A stretch of DNA of 64,000 nt from Desulfurococcales archaeon (GTDB taxonomy: Archaea; Thermoproteota; Thermoprotei_A; Sulfolobales; Desulfurococcaceae), in contig JALVYU010000031.1 in assembly GCA_027022365.1 (NCBI GenBank), positions 128,001-192,000 of the forward strand, read 5' to 3'. Numbering within the stretch: position 1 is the first letter of the stretch; each line of letters opens with the position of its first letter. Shown here piece by piece: positions 39,111 to 48,331 of this stretch. The notes under the pieces are model-generated. The model was not told the DNA's origin and ran no database searches. It saw only the letters and a program-made list of their open reading frames with translations. Both the position numbers and the translations under genes were made by a program.

Positions 39111-40102
39111 GCTTTCCCAGCCCTCCTTAGCAGTATTATAAGTATGGGGGCACCCATGATCGTCGTCAATATACCTAAAGGGATAATCTGGCTCGTCATA
39201 GCTCTCGAGAGATCATCTGCTAGGACGAGGTATGTCCCTCCCAGGAAGAAGCTATAAGTGATGACCTGCCTTGAATCACTTCCTACCATGAGCCGTACAA
39301 TATGTGGTACCAATAGGCCGACCCAACCAATGATCCCTGCATAGGAGACGGCTGAGGCGGTGATTAATGCAGCTACACTAGCAAAGAATAATCTTTCGAG
39401 TACCGGGTTAGCACCAAGTGATCTCGCCTCATCGTCGCCGAGCGATAATATGTTTAGCCTCCACCTAGCCATTACGAGGACGATGCTACACGGGATAATG
39501 ATAAGCGTCATCCTGATTATATCCGGCCATTGGCCCGCCTGACCCACATCACCCATGAGCCAGAACACGATGGCTGCCACTTTATCCGGGGTTGGCGCGA
39601 AGTACTCCGCCAGGGAGAGCCCTGCAGAGAATAGTGCGTTCACAACTACTCCCGAGAGGACGAGCGATATTATTGATCCTCTGCCCCACCCCCACGCGAT
39701 CGCCACCACGATCAGATATGCTACTATAGCAGTAATCATCGCGACTAGCTCTACAGGGATGAATAAGGGCAGAAAAGCTAGGGCGATGGCTGCTCCAAGC
39801 GCCGCACCACTGGTTATACCTAGAATATAGGGGCTAACGAGCGGATTCCGCATCATGCATTGAAGGCTCGCGCCAGAAATGCTTAAGGCTATACCTATAA
39901 GCGCCGCCGCTAGCACCCGCGGTAATCTATAGTAGAGGACTATCCTGGCGGCCGCAGAGCCTAGTTGTGGGTTGAGGGTAAGAGCATTGAATAGTATTTG
40001 GAGAACCTTGGCTGGGGGGATTGGATACGGGCCTATGAAGAGCGATAATACTATGGCTGCGGGTAGGGAAAAAACGATCAGAATCTTATAGATGTTTTCC
40101 AT
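39101..40102 (-). CDS. FecCD/BtuC-family ABC permease
   Basis: RLPRVL, RNPLVSPYILG, GDDEARSLG, GIIGWVGLLVPH. Confidence 0.94.
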   Translation of the reverse strand: MENIYKILIVFSLPAAIVLSLFIGPYPIPPAKVLQILFNALTLNPQLGSAAARIVLYYRLPRVLAAALIGIALSISGASLQCMMRNPLVSPYILGITSGAALGAAIALAFLPLFIPVELVAMITAIVAYLIVVAIAWGWGRGSIISLVLSGVVVNALFSAGLSLAEYFAPTPDKVAAIVFWLMGDVGQAGQWPDIIRMTLIIIPCSIVLVMARWRLNILSLGDDEARSLGANPVLERLFFASVAALITASAVSYAGIIGWVGLLVPHIVRLMVGSDSRQVITYSFFLGGTYLVLADDLSRAMTSQIIPLGILTTIMGAPILIILLRRAGKAWR

Positions 40103-40106
40103 TGCG

Positions 40107-42206
40107 TCATCCCGTCGTAGCGGTTACGCTAGTGTAAGGGACACCGTACCATTCCTGATAATAACTGTTCGCTATCTCTGTAAAGTTAGTATTCGACCAA
40201 AGGCTCGGATAGAGCTTGATTGAGAGCCACAGTATAAATATTGATGCGCTGACACCCCAGTGCTCATAGTACGGCTCCTTGTATACTCTGCCATTCTTTA
40301 CCGCGTCAATACTCTTCAACGCCGGATTGTCTAGGATGTCTTTGGGGTCGTATCTGGCGTAATACCATATTATTATGACCTGGGGATTCCAGCCAATGAT
40401 CTTCTCTAGATCTACCGATACATAGTCTTTATTAGGGTAGTCCTTAGCGGCAACGTTTATCCCGCCAGCCAGGACTATGAAATCATTAACTGTTCCGCGG
40501 CCTCCCTGCACCATTGTTTCTTTGCTCCACAGATAAAGCACTCTAACCCTCTTATCACTAGGTATATCTGAAACTCTCGACTCCACCAATGCGATGATCT
40601 TGTCCATATCGTTTACTAATTGATAAGCCCTGCTCCTCTCATTGAATACTACTCCGAAGAGCCATATAAGCCTCTTAATATCGTTGAAACTATAGCACTG
40701 GACCTTGATAACCGGTATACCCTGGGCCTCTATTTCTTTCACAACTTTTTCGTTGTATGGCCACGTTATTACCACTTGTGGCTTGAGGGCCAGTAAGTCC
40801 TCTACATTGACCGAGAAGCTGCTTCCAGGTGATGGTGTCTTGGTTATGTTCGGGTATGCCTTCAGCATTAGGGGATTATATTTAGCGTATTTGGAGATAC
40901 CGACTACTTTGTCCATTGCGTGCAGGGCGAGAACTAGGGTATACGATATAAAGTCGACGGCCCTGGTGATCTTTGGCGGGAGCTCCACAGTTTCCCCTGT
41001 CATGTCCACTATTTTCATCCATTTAATGCTGTAGGAGGCGAATGCCTGCGCGGGTATGAATTCATGGTAGAAATGGGTGAACAGGTATTCTGCATCGTCT
41101 CTCCAGCTAATATCTTTAAATACGTCGGGATATAGTAGGGAGGCGATGTACTCTATACCAATTATACTTCTCGGCCCCCAGTCGAGAACTCCCCCTATTT
41201 CAGACCAGCATGGAACAATGTAGATACGGCCGCTTTTATAGGCGCTAAGGGCCTGCCATTTAGGATCACTCCTTATCTTCTCGATCACACTATTTATCGA
41301 GGATACAGATGATGTGACAAGTATGACGTCGGGGTTCCACGATGCCAGCGTCTCGAAGTCTATCTTAGGCCATTTCTCGTTCGGGAAATTCTTGAGCGCC
41401 AGGTTCACAGCACCGGCCTCTTCCACTGCGTGGCCCCAACTTGTGTTGGAGTAGAGGAGTATACTTCCTTTTATTAATGAGTATCCGTCGAGCAATACCG
41501 CCGATACCTTGTCCTTAACGCTACTGGCGAGGCTCTTGATTTTGTGATAGTGGGATGACAGGTATTCTGATAGCTCGTTTGCCTGGCTAGTATGTCCAGT
41601 TATTTCGCCGAGTATCTTGATCGCTTTTAGCTCGTCGTCGAAGCCATGCATGAATAAGCCAACAACTTTTATCCCCATCTGCTCTATCTTAGAAGCTATT
41701 TCCCCGGCTTTACCGTAGCCTACGTCCATGATTACAACGTCGGGCTTTAGAGCAGCGATCTCTTCTATGTTGACCCCGGTGAAAACACTTCCTATGGATG
41801 GTTTACTCCTAATATTCTCTGGAAGGTATTGGTCGTACTTGACGTACTTTCCTATCCCGACAATAAGGTTCCCAGCTCCTATTGCGAGGAGTGTTTCAGC
41901 CCAGTATGATTCTAGGACTACTATTCTTTCGACGGGCTTGTTGAAAACGATCTTTTTGCCCCTGAAATCCGTGACTATTATCGGTTTTATTTTTGATGTT
42001 TTGGTGGTTGTAGTGATGGTGTGTGGGGCTGTTGTGGTCGTTGTTGATGTGCTTGTCTGTCTCACAGTATTTATTGATGTTTGGGGAGCTGTTTTTGCGG
42101 GCTTGTTTATATACGTGTAGTATAGTGTTATACTGCTTCCTATACCGACTATTATTATTAGTATTATAAGCGCTGCAGCGGCCTTGGTGATCCCCTTGTA
42201 TTTCAA
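40107..42206 (-). CDS. Iron-chelate/tetrapyrrole substrate-binding protein with two tandem BtuF/FhuD-like domains
   Basis: Two copies of the xDxxG..V....RxV / NxE.I..L.P.VVI / WNP.VI pattern; start reassigned to TTG 42206 with GAGGTG RBS. Confidence 0.88.
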   Translation of the reverse strand: MKYKGITKAAAALIILIIIVGIGSSITLYYTYINKPAKTAPQTSINTVRQTSTSTTTTTAPHTITTTTKTSKIKPIIVTDFRGKKIVFNKPVERIVVLESYWAETLLAIGAGNLIVGIGKYVKYDQYLPENIRSKPSIGSVFTGVNIEEIAALKPDVVIMDVGYGKAGEIASKIEQMGIKVVGLFMHGFDDELKAIKILGEITGHTSQANELSEYLSSHYHKIKSLASSVKDKVSAVLLDGYSLIKGSILLYSNTSWGHAVEEAGAVNLALKNFPNEKWPKIDFETLASWNPDVILVTSSVSSINSVIEKIRSDPKWQALSAYKSGRIYIVPCWSEIGGVLDWGPRSIIGIEYIASLLYPDVFKDISWRDDAEYLFTHFYHEFIPAQAFASYSIKWMKIVDMTGETVELPPKITRAVDFISYTLVLALHAMDKVVGISKYAKYNPLMLKAYPNITKTPSPGSSFSVNVEDLLALKPQVVITWPYNEKVVKEIEAQGIPVIKVQCYSFNDIKRLIWLFGVVFNERSRAYQLVNDMDKIIALVESRVSDIPSDKRVRVLYLWSKETMVQGGRGTVNDFIVLAGGINVAAKDYPNKDYVSVDLEKIIGWNPQVIIIWYYARYDPKDILDNPALKSIDAVKNGRVYKEPYYEHWGVSASIFILWLSIKLYPSLWSNTNFTEIANSYYQEWYGVPYTSVTATTG

Positions 42207-42312
42207 GGTAGTGCACCTCGCATACTGAGGGGGTACATCTCTTTTAGAAATAAATACCCTGGCTCGGGGATATAAAATTGGTGCAGTACATCTCGATAAA
42301 TGGTGCACTAAA

Positions 42313-45300
42313 TTGACGAGGATATCCTTCATAATAGGCTATAGCGCATCAATGGCGGCAATGCTCGCGGAAATAGTACAAAAGCTATCTAGGAGATTCG
42401 GCTTCGAATACAAGATAATAACACCCTATGGTCTGGGGAGAGGAGATAAGGAATTCATAAAAGGATCGGATTTCATACTCATTTATTCCTCGAGGCTTCC
42501 AGACGAGTATGAGGATATTCTGGAGGAGATCAAGGACGAAAAGATGATTGCAGGGCTAGAGGATACACATTCTTATCTTACTAATATCGGAGCTGAGCAC
42601 TATACTCGCCTCGTCAAATACCTAAAGATAGGTGGACGTGAAAACCTAGAGTCGCTGGTCTATTACATACTCAAATTATTAGGCTACAATGTAGATGCTC
42701 CTCAGCCCAAGCCCGTTCCATGGCATGGAGTATATCACCCAGCCCTAGGCGTGTATAGGACAACCCAAGAGTATCTTCAAGCCTATAAGTTCTCTGATAG
42801 GCCCCTAGTAGGTATACTATTCTATAGGAATGACTGGCTCTATGGAAGAACCCGTCTCGTAGACGAGCTCGTCAAAGCAATAGAGGCCGAGGGCCTCGGC
42901 GTTCTCCCTGTTTTCACGTACGGTTTCAAAGACAAATACCTGGGAACACCATCATCCGAGGACACTATAAGGGAGTATTTCATACAGGACAACAAATCGA
43001 TAATAGACGTACTAATCAATCTCACGAGTTTCTTCATACTAGACCATGGCAGGAGCAGGGAGTGGAGCGTTAAAGGCTATGAACTTGCCAGTGGACTGCG
43101 TCTACTAAAGAAAATAAACGCACCAGTGCTCGAATACCTGACCATGTATGATAGGAGCCCCGAGCAGTGGAGGGATGATCCAAAGGGATGCGGGTACATG
43201 ACACTAGTATATAGGATAAGCATGTCCGAAGTCGATGGAGCGATAGAACCAATACCGGTTGCCGCAACCAGGCTGAATGAGTACGGGGGCAAAGACATAG
43301 TGCCTCTGCGAGACCAAATAAGGATTGTTGCTAGAAGGATCAAGAAATGGGTTAGACTAAGACATAAACCACCGAGTGAGAGAAGGATAGCGATCATACT
43401 GATAAATCCGCCGTGCAAGGGCCTGGAAGCGAATGTTGCGGTGGGCTTCGGCCTGGATGTCCCCGAGAGCGTTGTCAAGTTCCTCAAGAAGCTGAAGGAG
43501 GCAGGCTACGATGTCGGTTATGAAATCCCGGAAACGGGAGAGGAACTGATAAAGATGATCATGGAGAAAAAGGCGTTAAGCGAGTTCCGATGGACATCTG
43601 TCGAGGACATAGTCACGAATGGCGGAGCGCTGGACATCCTCCCCCTCATCAAGTACCTCGAATACTATCGAGAACTGCCTGAGAAGGCCAGGAGGGAGAT
43701 AGAATCCTCGTGGGGCGACCCCGTTAGAGTGGTTAGGGAGAAGCCGCCGGGGCTGGCGGGCATGATCCATGACGGCGGCTTCGTGATCCCCGGCCTCAGG
43801 TTCGGCAATGTGGTCATTATACCGCAGCCTAAAAGAGGGTGTGCTGGCCCTAGGTGTGATGGAACAGTATGTAAGATACTTCACGATCCAAATGTCCCGC
43901 CGCCCCATCAATGGCTTGCCGTCTACTGGTGGATAACTAGGGTATTTGACGCGGATATTATGATTCACTTCGGGACGCACGGTTACCTCGAGTTCCTGCC
44001 CGGAAAGAACGCTTGTCTATCGAGTTCTTGTTGGCCACTGATAAGCATCGATGACACGCCCCACCTATACGTCTACGTGGTATCAAACCCTATGGAGGGC
44101 TCGATCGCTAAGCGCCGCGGGATGGCGGCACTAGTAGATCATCTCTATCCGCCCATGGCTGCTGCCGACACAATGAGTGAGCTCGACGACCTTGTCAACC
44201 AGTATCTTAAAGCCAAGAATATGGGGGACGAGACGCGCAGGAAAGAGCTACTGGAGATGATAAAGGAGCTGGCGGTGAAGCACGATATAAAGCTACGAAA
44301 AGGTATGGGTGCGGACGAGATCATAGAGGCTGTGCACAAGAAGCTCCACATAATAGGAGAAACAGACATAAATCTCGGACTACACGTCCTAGGCAGGCCG
44401 CCGACCCCTGTATCGAAACTGGCTAAATACGTGGTAACAATAGATACAAGACTCCCCCCAGAACAATCGCTCGTGAAAAATATTTCTCGCATCATAGGAG
44501 TAAAGTACGGGGAACTCGACGATAACCCCATGAAAATCCATGAAAAACTAGGGATACCGTATAGAGAACTGAAAAAGAAGATCAGGAAGGCCGCCGAAAA
44601 AATACTGGAGAAAACCCTTGAGTCGAAGGAACAAGCAGATCATCTACGGATACTCGAGGAAATTATTATGGAGTATTTTCCAGGAGCAAGGATTAGATCC
44701 TTAAATGACTGTATATATGCCCTTAAAAACGCTCTACGAATAGCTGAGCTGCTAACGGATACGGACAAAGAGATGGCCTCCCTTCTAGACGGAGTAGCAG
44801 GAGGATACATTGAACCAGGCCCTTCCGGCAACCTATACAGGGGTAAGATCAACGTACTCCCAACTGGGAGGAACTTCTACCTCCTAGACCCACGGACACT
44901 CCCAACAAGAGCAGCCTGGATGATAGGCACAAAGTCAGCTGATCTTCTCATTAAGTACTATGTTGAGAAGCATGGGAGAATGCCTGAGACCATAGGACAA
45001 GTACTATGGAGTATTGACGCCTTTAAGGCTGATGGGGAGCAGCTGGCCCAGATACTATACCTGCTAGGCGTCGAGCCTGTATGGGATGACGGAGGAAATG
45101 TCGTGGATCTGAAGCCAATACCGCTGGAGGAGCTGGGCAGGCCGAGAATAGATGTCCTGGTGAGAATAAGTGGTATAGTTAGAGATCTCCTACCAAACTA
45201 TATAGAGCTGATCGATAGGGCTGTCTCCATCGTGATCAGTCTGGATGAGCCCCCCGAAATGAACTTTCCGAGGAAACACTATCTCGAAGACGTAGAGAAG

Positions 45301-46173
45301 CTAGTTAGCCTCGGCTACAGTAGGGGAGAGGCCGAAGAGATCGCGAGGCACCGTGTTTACGGTTCACCCCCAGGTAGTTATGGAGCAGGGGTAAATCTGG
45401 CCGTAGAGGCATCCGCGTGGAAGGACAGCGGTGATCTTGCCAAGATATGGGTGCAGTGGAGCGGGTACGCCTATACCCGAAGCAAATACGGTGTCGAGTC
45501 CCACGAGCACCTCGTCCTCAGCCTCAGGCGCGTGGACATGGTTAACAGGAACCATGTAAGCGACGAACACGACATACTGGGCTGTTGCTGTTACTTCTCA
45601 TACCATGGAGGATTCTACAATGCTGCTAAGACGCTGTCGGGCCGTGAGGTAGAAGCTGTGACTATAGACACCCGTAACGTGTACAGTTTAAGGATCAGGG
45701 GGATGGATGAGGAAATAGAGCGTGTGGTCCGGGCCAAACTACTAAATGATCAATGGATAGCTGAGATGAAGAAGCACGGCTACCGTGGTGCAAGCGAGTT
45801 TCAGCGTAAAATACTCCATTTCTATGGATGGGCCTCGGTGTCGGGGCTAGCCGAAGACTGGATGTTCGAGAAAATCGCCGAGAAATATGTTCTGGATGAG
45901 GAAATGAGGGAATGGTTCCTAGAGCACAACAAGTGGGCTCTAGAGGAGATCACTAGGAGGCTAATCGAGGCGGGACTTAGAGGGGTCTGGAAAGCACCTT
46001 CCGAGCTCCTAGATAAATTAAGACAGGTATATTCCGAGATAGAGGGTTATCTCGAAGAGGAACTCGGTGCTGGAGAAGTACAGGGAGGCGCCATAGACGT
46101 GGTGGGCTATGATGAAGTAGAGGAATGGAGGGAGAAGATGGAGAGAATCGATAAAATACTGGAAGAGATATAG
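42313..46173 (+). CDS. cobN: CobN/ChlH-family chelatase large subunit
   Basis: 1286 aa; HFGTHGYLEFLPGK, PTGRNFY, GRPRIDV, YGAGV, MKKHGYRGA. Confidence 0.92.
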   Translation: MTRISFIIGYSASMAAMLAEIVQKLSRRFGFEYKIITPYGLGRGDKEFIKGSDFILIYSSRLPDEYEDILEEIKDEKMIAGLEDTHSYLTNIGAEHYTRLVKYLKIGGRENLESLVYYILKLLGYNVDAPQPKPVPWHGVYHPALGVYRTTQEYLQAYKFSDRPLVGILFYRNDWLYGRTRLVDELVKAIEAEGLGVLPVFTYGFKDKYLGTPSSEDTIREYFIQDNKSIIDVLINLTSFFILDHGRSREWSVKGYELASGLRLLKKINAPVLEYLTMYDRSPEQWRDDPKGCGYMTLVYRISMSEVDGAIEPIPVAATRLNEYGGKDIVPLRDQIRIVARRIKKWVRLRHKPPSERRIAIILINPPCKGLEANVAVGFGLDVPESVVKFLKKLKEAGYDVGYEIPETGEELIKMIMEKKALSEFRWTSVEDIVTNGGALDILPLIKYLEYYRELPEKARREIESSWGDPVRVVREKPPGLAGMIHDGGFVIPGLRFGNVVIIPQPKRGCAGPRCDGTVCKILHDPNVPPPHQWLAVYWWITRVFDADIMIHFGTHGYLEFLPGKNACLSSSCWPLISIDDTPHLYVYVVSNPMEGSIAKRRGMAALVDHLYPPMAAADTMSELDDLVNQYLKAKNMGDETRRKELLEMIKELAVKHDIKLRKGMGADEIIEAVHKKLHIIGETDINLGLHVLGRPPTPVSKLAKYVVTIDTRLPPEQSLVKNISRIIGVKYGELDDNPMKIHEKLGIPYRELKKKIRKAAEKILEKTLESKEQADHLRILEEIIMEYFPGARIRSLNDCIYALKNALRIAELLTDTDKEMASLLDGVAGGYIEPGPSGNLYRGKINVLPTGRNFYLLDPRTLPTRAAWMIGTKSADLLIKYYVEKHGRMPETIGQVLWSIDAFKADGEQLAQILYLLGVEPVWDDGGNVVDLKPIPLEELGRPRIDVLVRISGIVRDLLPNYIELIDRAVSIVISLDEPPEMNFPRKHYLEDVEKLVSLGYSRGEAEEIARHRVYGSPPGSYGAGVNLAVEASAWKDSGDLAKIWVQWSGYAYTRSKYGVESHEHLVLSLRRVDMVNRNHVSDEHDILGCCCYFSYHGGFYNAAKTLSGREVEAVTIDTRNVYSLRIRGMDEEIERVVRAKLLNDQWIAEMKKHGYRGASEFQRKILHFYGWASVSGLAEDWMFEKIAEKYVLDEEMREWFLEHNKWALEEITRRLIEAGLRGVWKAPSELLDKLRQVYSEIEGYLEEELGAGEVQGGAIDVVGYDEVEEWREKMERIDKILEEI

Positions 46174-46212
46174 CTTGATTGGTACACAGTCTAATGATAA
46201 TAGGTGCAGATA

Positions 46213-48117
46213 ATGGGTTATTCGACCAGAATAACTGTCTTCCCGTTTACGGCGATAGTGGGGCTAGATGATGCTAAGACAGCACTACTCGCCGTTGCCG
46301 TGAACCCCCTCATAGGAGGCGTACTTCTCAGGGGAGACAAGGGAACAGGTAAGACGACACTGGTAAGATCATTAGCGAACCTACTCCCGGAGATCAAGGT
46401 AGTCGCGGACTGCCCGTTCAACTGTGACCCGGAAAACCCCAGCATGATGTGCGATAATTGTTACAGGCGGTGGAGACGGGGAGAAAAACTACCCGTAACC
46501 ACACGAAAGATGCGCGTAGTCGATCTCCCCTTAAGTGTTACTCCGGACAGATTGATAGGGACGATAGATGTAGAGAAGTTCCTCAGAGAAGGAGTAAAAG
46601 CAGTCAGCCCTGGACTATTGGCCGAGGCAAACAGAAATATACTCTACATAGATGAAGTAAACCTTCTCGACGACTACATAGCTGATCTAATACTAGATGC
46701 CGCGGCATACGGCTGGAACATCATTGAAAGAGAACATGTTTCCTTCAAACACCCCTCAAGATTCATACTAGTTGGGAGTATGAACCCCGAGGAAGGCGAG
46801 CTCAGGCCCCAGCTACTGGACAGGTTCGGCCTAGTGGTAGATGTCAATGCTCCAATGGATCCAGAATTGAGAGCAGAGATAGTTAGGCGTGTCGAGGAAT
46901 ACAGTATCGACCCCATAGCGTTCTACAAAAAATATGAGCCGCTCGAAAACGAACTCCGTGAAAAAATAGCACGAGCACGGAAAATACTGCGCGAAGTAAC
47001 CATAGACGATGAACTACTCAGAGCAGTCGCTGAGAAAATAGCAGAGATGAAGATAAGGACCTGCAGGGCGGAGATAACTGTTGTTAGGACGGCTAAGGCA
47101 CTAGCAGCGCTGGATGGCCGGAGAAAAGTTAGCGAGGACGATATAGAGAAAGCCATGAAACTAGCCCTACCCCATAGGATAAAGCTGAACCCCTTCGAAG
47201 AAGCGGGAAAAAGAGAACGCCCTTTCGAGCAAAAATCTTCCGGGCAGACTAAACCACATAGTCATAACCATCATTACTCCAAGGACTATAATCTGGCTCA
47301 ACAAGGAGGAGGGGGAAATAGTCCAGGTAGCGGGAAAGAGCTGAGGCTAGGCTCGCTAAGACCTAGTACCTCGCTACATATCATTCCTATAAGGAGGGCT
47401 AGTAGCAGAAAATGGATGGATTATGGAAGGAGAAGCAGGAAAACGTTTAGGACTAGAATAGGGGGTTTCGTCGGAGCTCCTATAGGTTATATCTACCCTG
47501 CCCCGAGACCAAGAGACATAGACCTCGTAGGCACTCTCATCGCATCAACGATCATGGGAGATCGTGGTAAGTGTCTCGCCGAGAAAATAAGGCGTTGCCC
47601 CGTACCTGTCCTGACTATGATCTGTCTGGATGCTAGCGGGAGCATGAATTACCGGAAAAGAATAATGATCGCGAAGGCGATCGCATATATGATCACTAGG
47701 AGAAGCTATACGCTAAAAACATGGTTGTCGCTCCTTGCCTTTAGAGGTGAAGGCGTTAAGGAGTATATTCCGCCTACTAGGAACTACAGAAAAATAATGG
47801 ATTTGATCGAGAAGATCCCATCAGGTAGAAAAACACCATTATCCGCGTGCCTATATCGAGTGCTTGAGGAAGTATCTATCTTTCGTAAAAAATACAGGAA
47901 TTCTGAGGCAGAGGTCTTCCTCATCACCGACGGCAAAGCCAACGTCTCAATTACTGGTAAGAATATTAAGAGTGAACTAGTGGGCCTAGCCAGGGAGATT
48001 AGGAGGAGGAGAATAAGACTCTATATTATTGATCCGAGAGGGAGAACAGTAGATCCCGGCATTGACTATATAAAATTGATAGCTTACCATTCGGGTGGAA
48101 AGGTGATCAGGATCTAA
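46213..48117 (+). CDS. chlD: ChlI/ChlD-type chelatase subunit (AAA+ domain, linker, vWA)
   Basis: FPFTAIVG, GDKGTGKT, YIDEVNLL, MNPEEGELRPQLLDRFG; vWA MIDAS DASGS, TPL, ITDG. Confidence 0.9.
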   Translation: MGYSTRITVFPFTAIVGLDDAKTALLAVAVNPLIGGVLLRGDKGTGKTTLVRSLANLLPEIKVVADCPFNCDPENPSMMCDNCYRRWRRGEKLPVTTRKMRVVDLPLSVTPDRLIGTIDVEKFLREGVKAVSPGLLAEANRNILYIDEVNLLDDYIADLILDAAAYGWNIIEREHVSFKHPSRFILVGSMNPEEGELRPQLLDRFGLVVDVNAPMDPELRAEIVRRVEEYSIDPIAFYKKYEPLENELREKIARARKILREVTIDDELLRAVAEKIAEMKIRTCRAEITVVRTAKALAALDGRRKVSEDDIEKAMKLALPHRIKLNPFEEAGKRERPFEQKSSGQTKPHSHNHHYSKDYNLAQQGGGGNSPGSGKELRLGSLRPSTSLHIIPIRRASSRKWMDYGRRSRKTFRTRIGGFVGAPIGYIYPAPRPRDIDLVGTLIASTIMGDRGKCLAEKIRRCPVPVLTMICLDASGSMNYRKRIMIAKAIAYMITRRSYTLKTWLSLLAFRGEGVKEYIPPTRNYRKIMDLIEKIPSGRKTPLSACLYRVLEEVSIFRKKYRNSEAEVFLITDGKANVSITGKNIKSELVGLAREIRRRRIRLYIIDPRGRTVDPGIDYIKLIAYHSGGKVIRI

Positions 48118-48331
48118 TATAGCCCGGTTGACAATTATTGTTCGATCTAAGTCATCGCTGATGGGTTTCAATAAAATTTTGGTACGAAATACTTTATTCC
48201 TTCTCTTGGAATTATTATGGTTTAACGTATGAAGATTATAATGAAATGAGAAAATTCATGGAACAAACTAATAAAAAGAATGCCTGTTCACACTAGAAGT
48301 GGTCTGAGAATATATCAGGTGCAATTCAGAA

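Noticed and set aside
42207-42312. Cobalamin riboswitch upstream of the importer or cobN
   Set aside because: Region is only 106 bp, AT-rich and lacks a recognisable B12 box
42207-42332. N-terminal extension of the binding-protein ORF overlapping the cobN start
   Set aside because: TTG 42206 has a GAGGTG RBS and directly precedes the signal peptide; the extension would cover the divergent promoter
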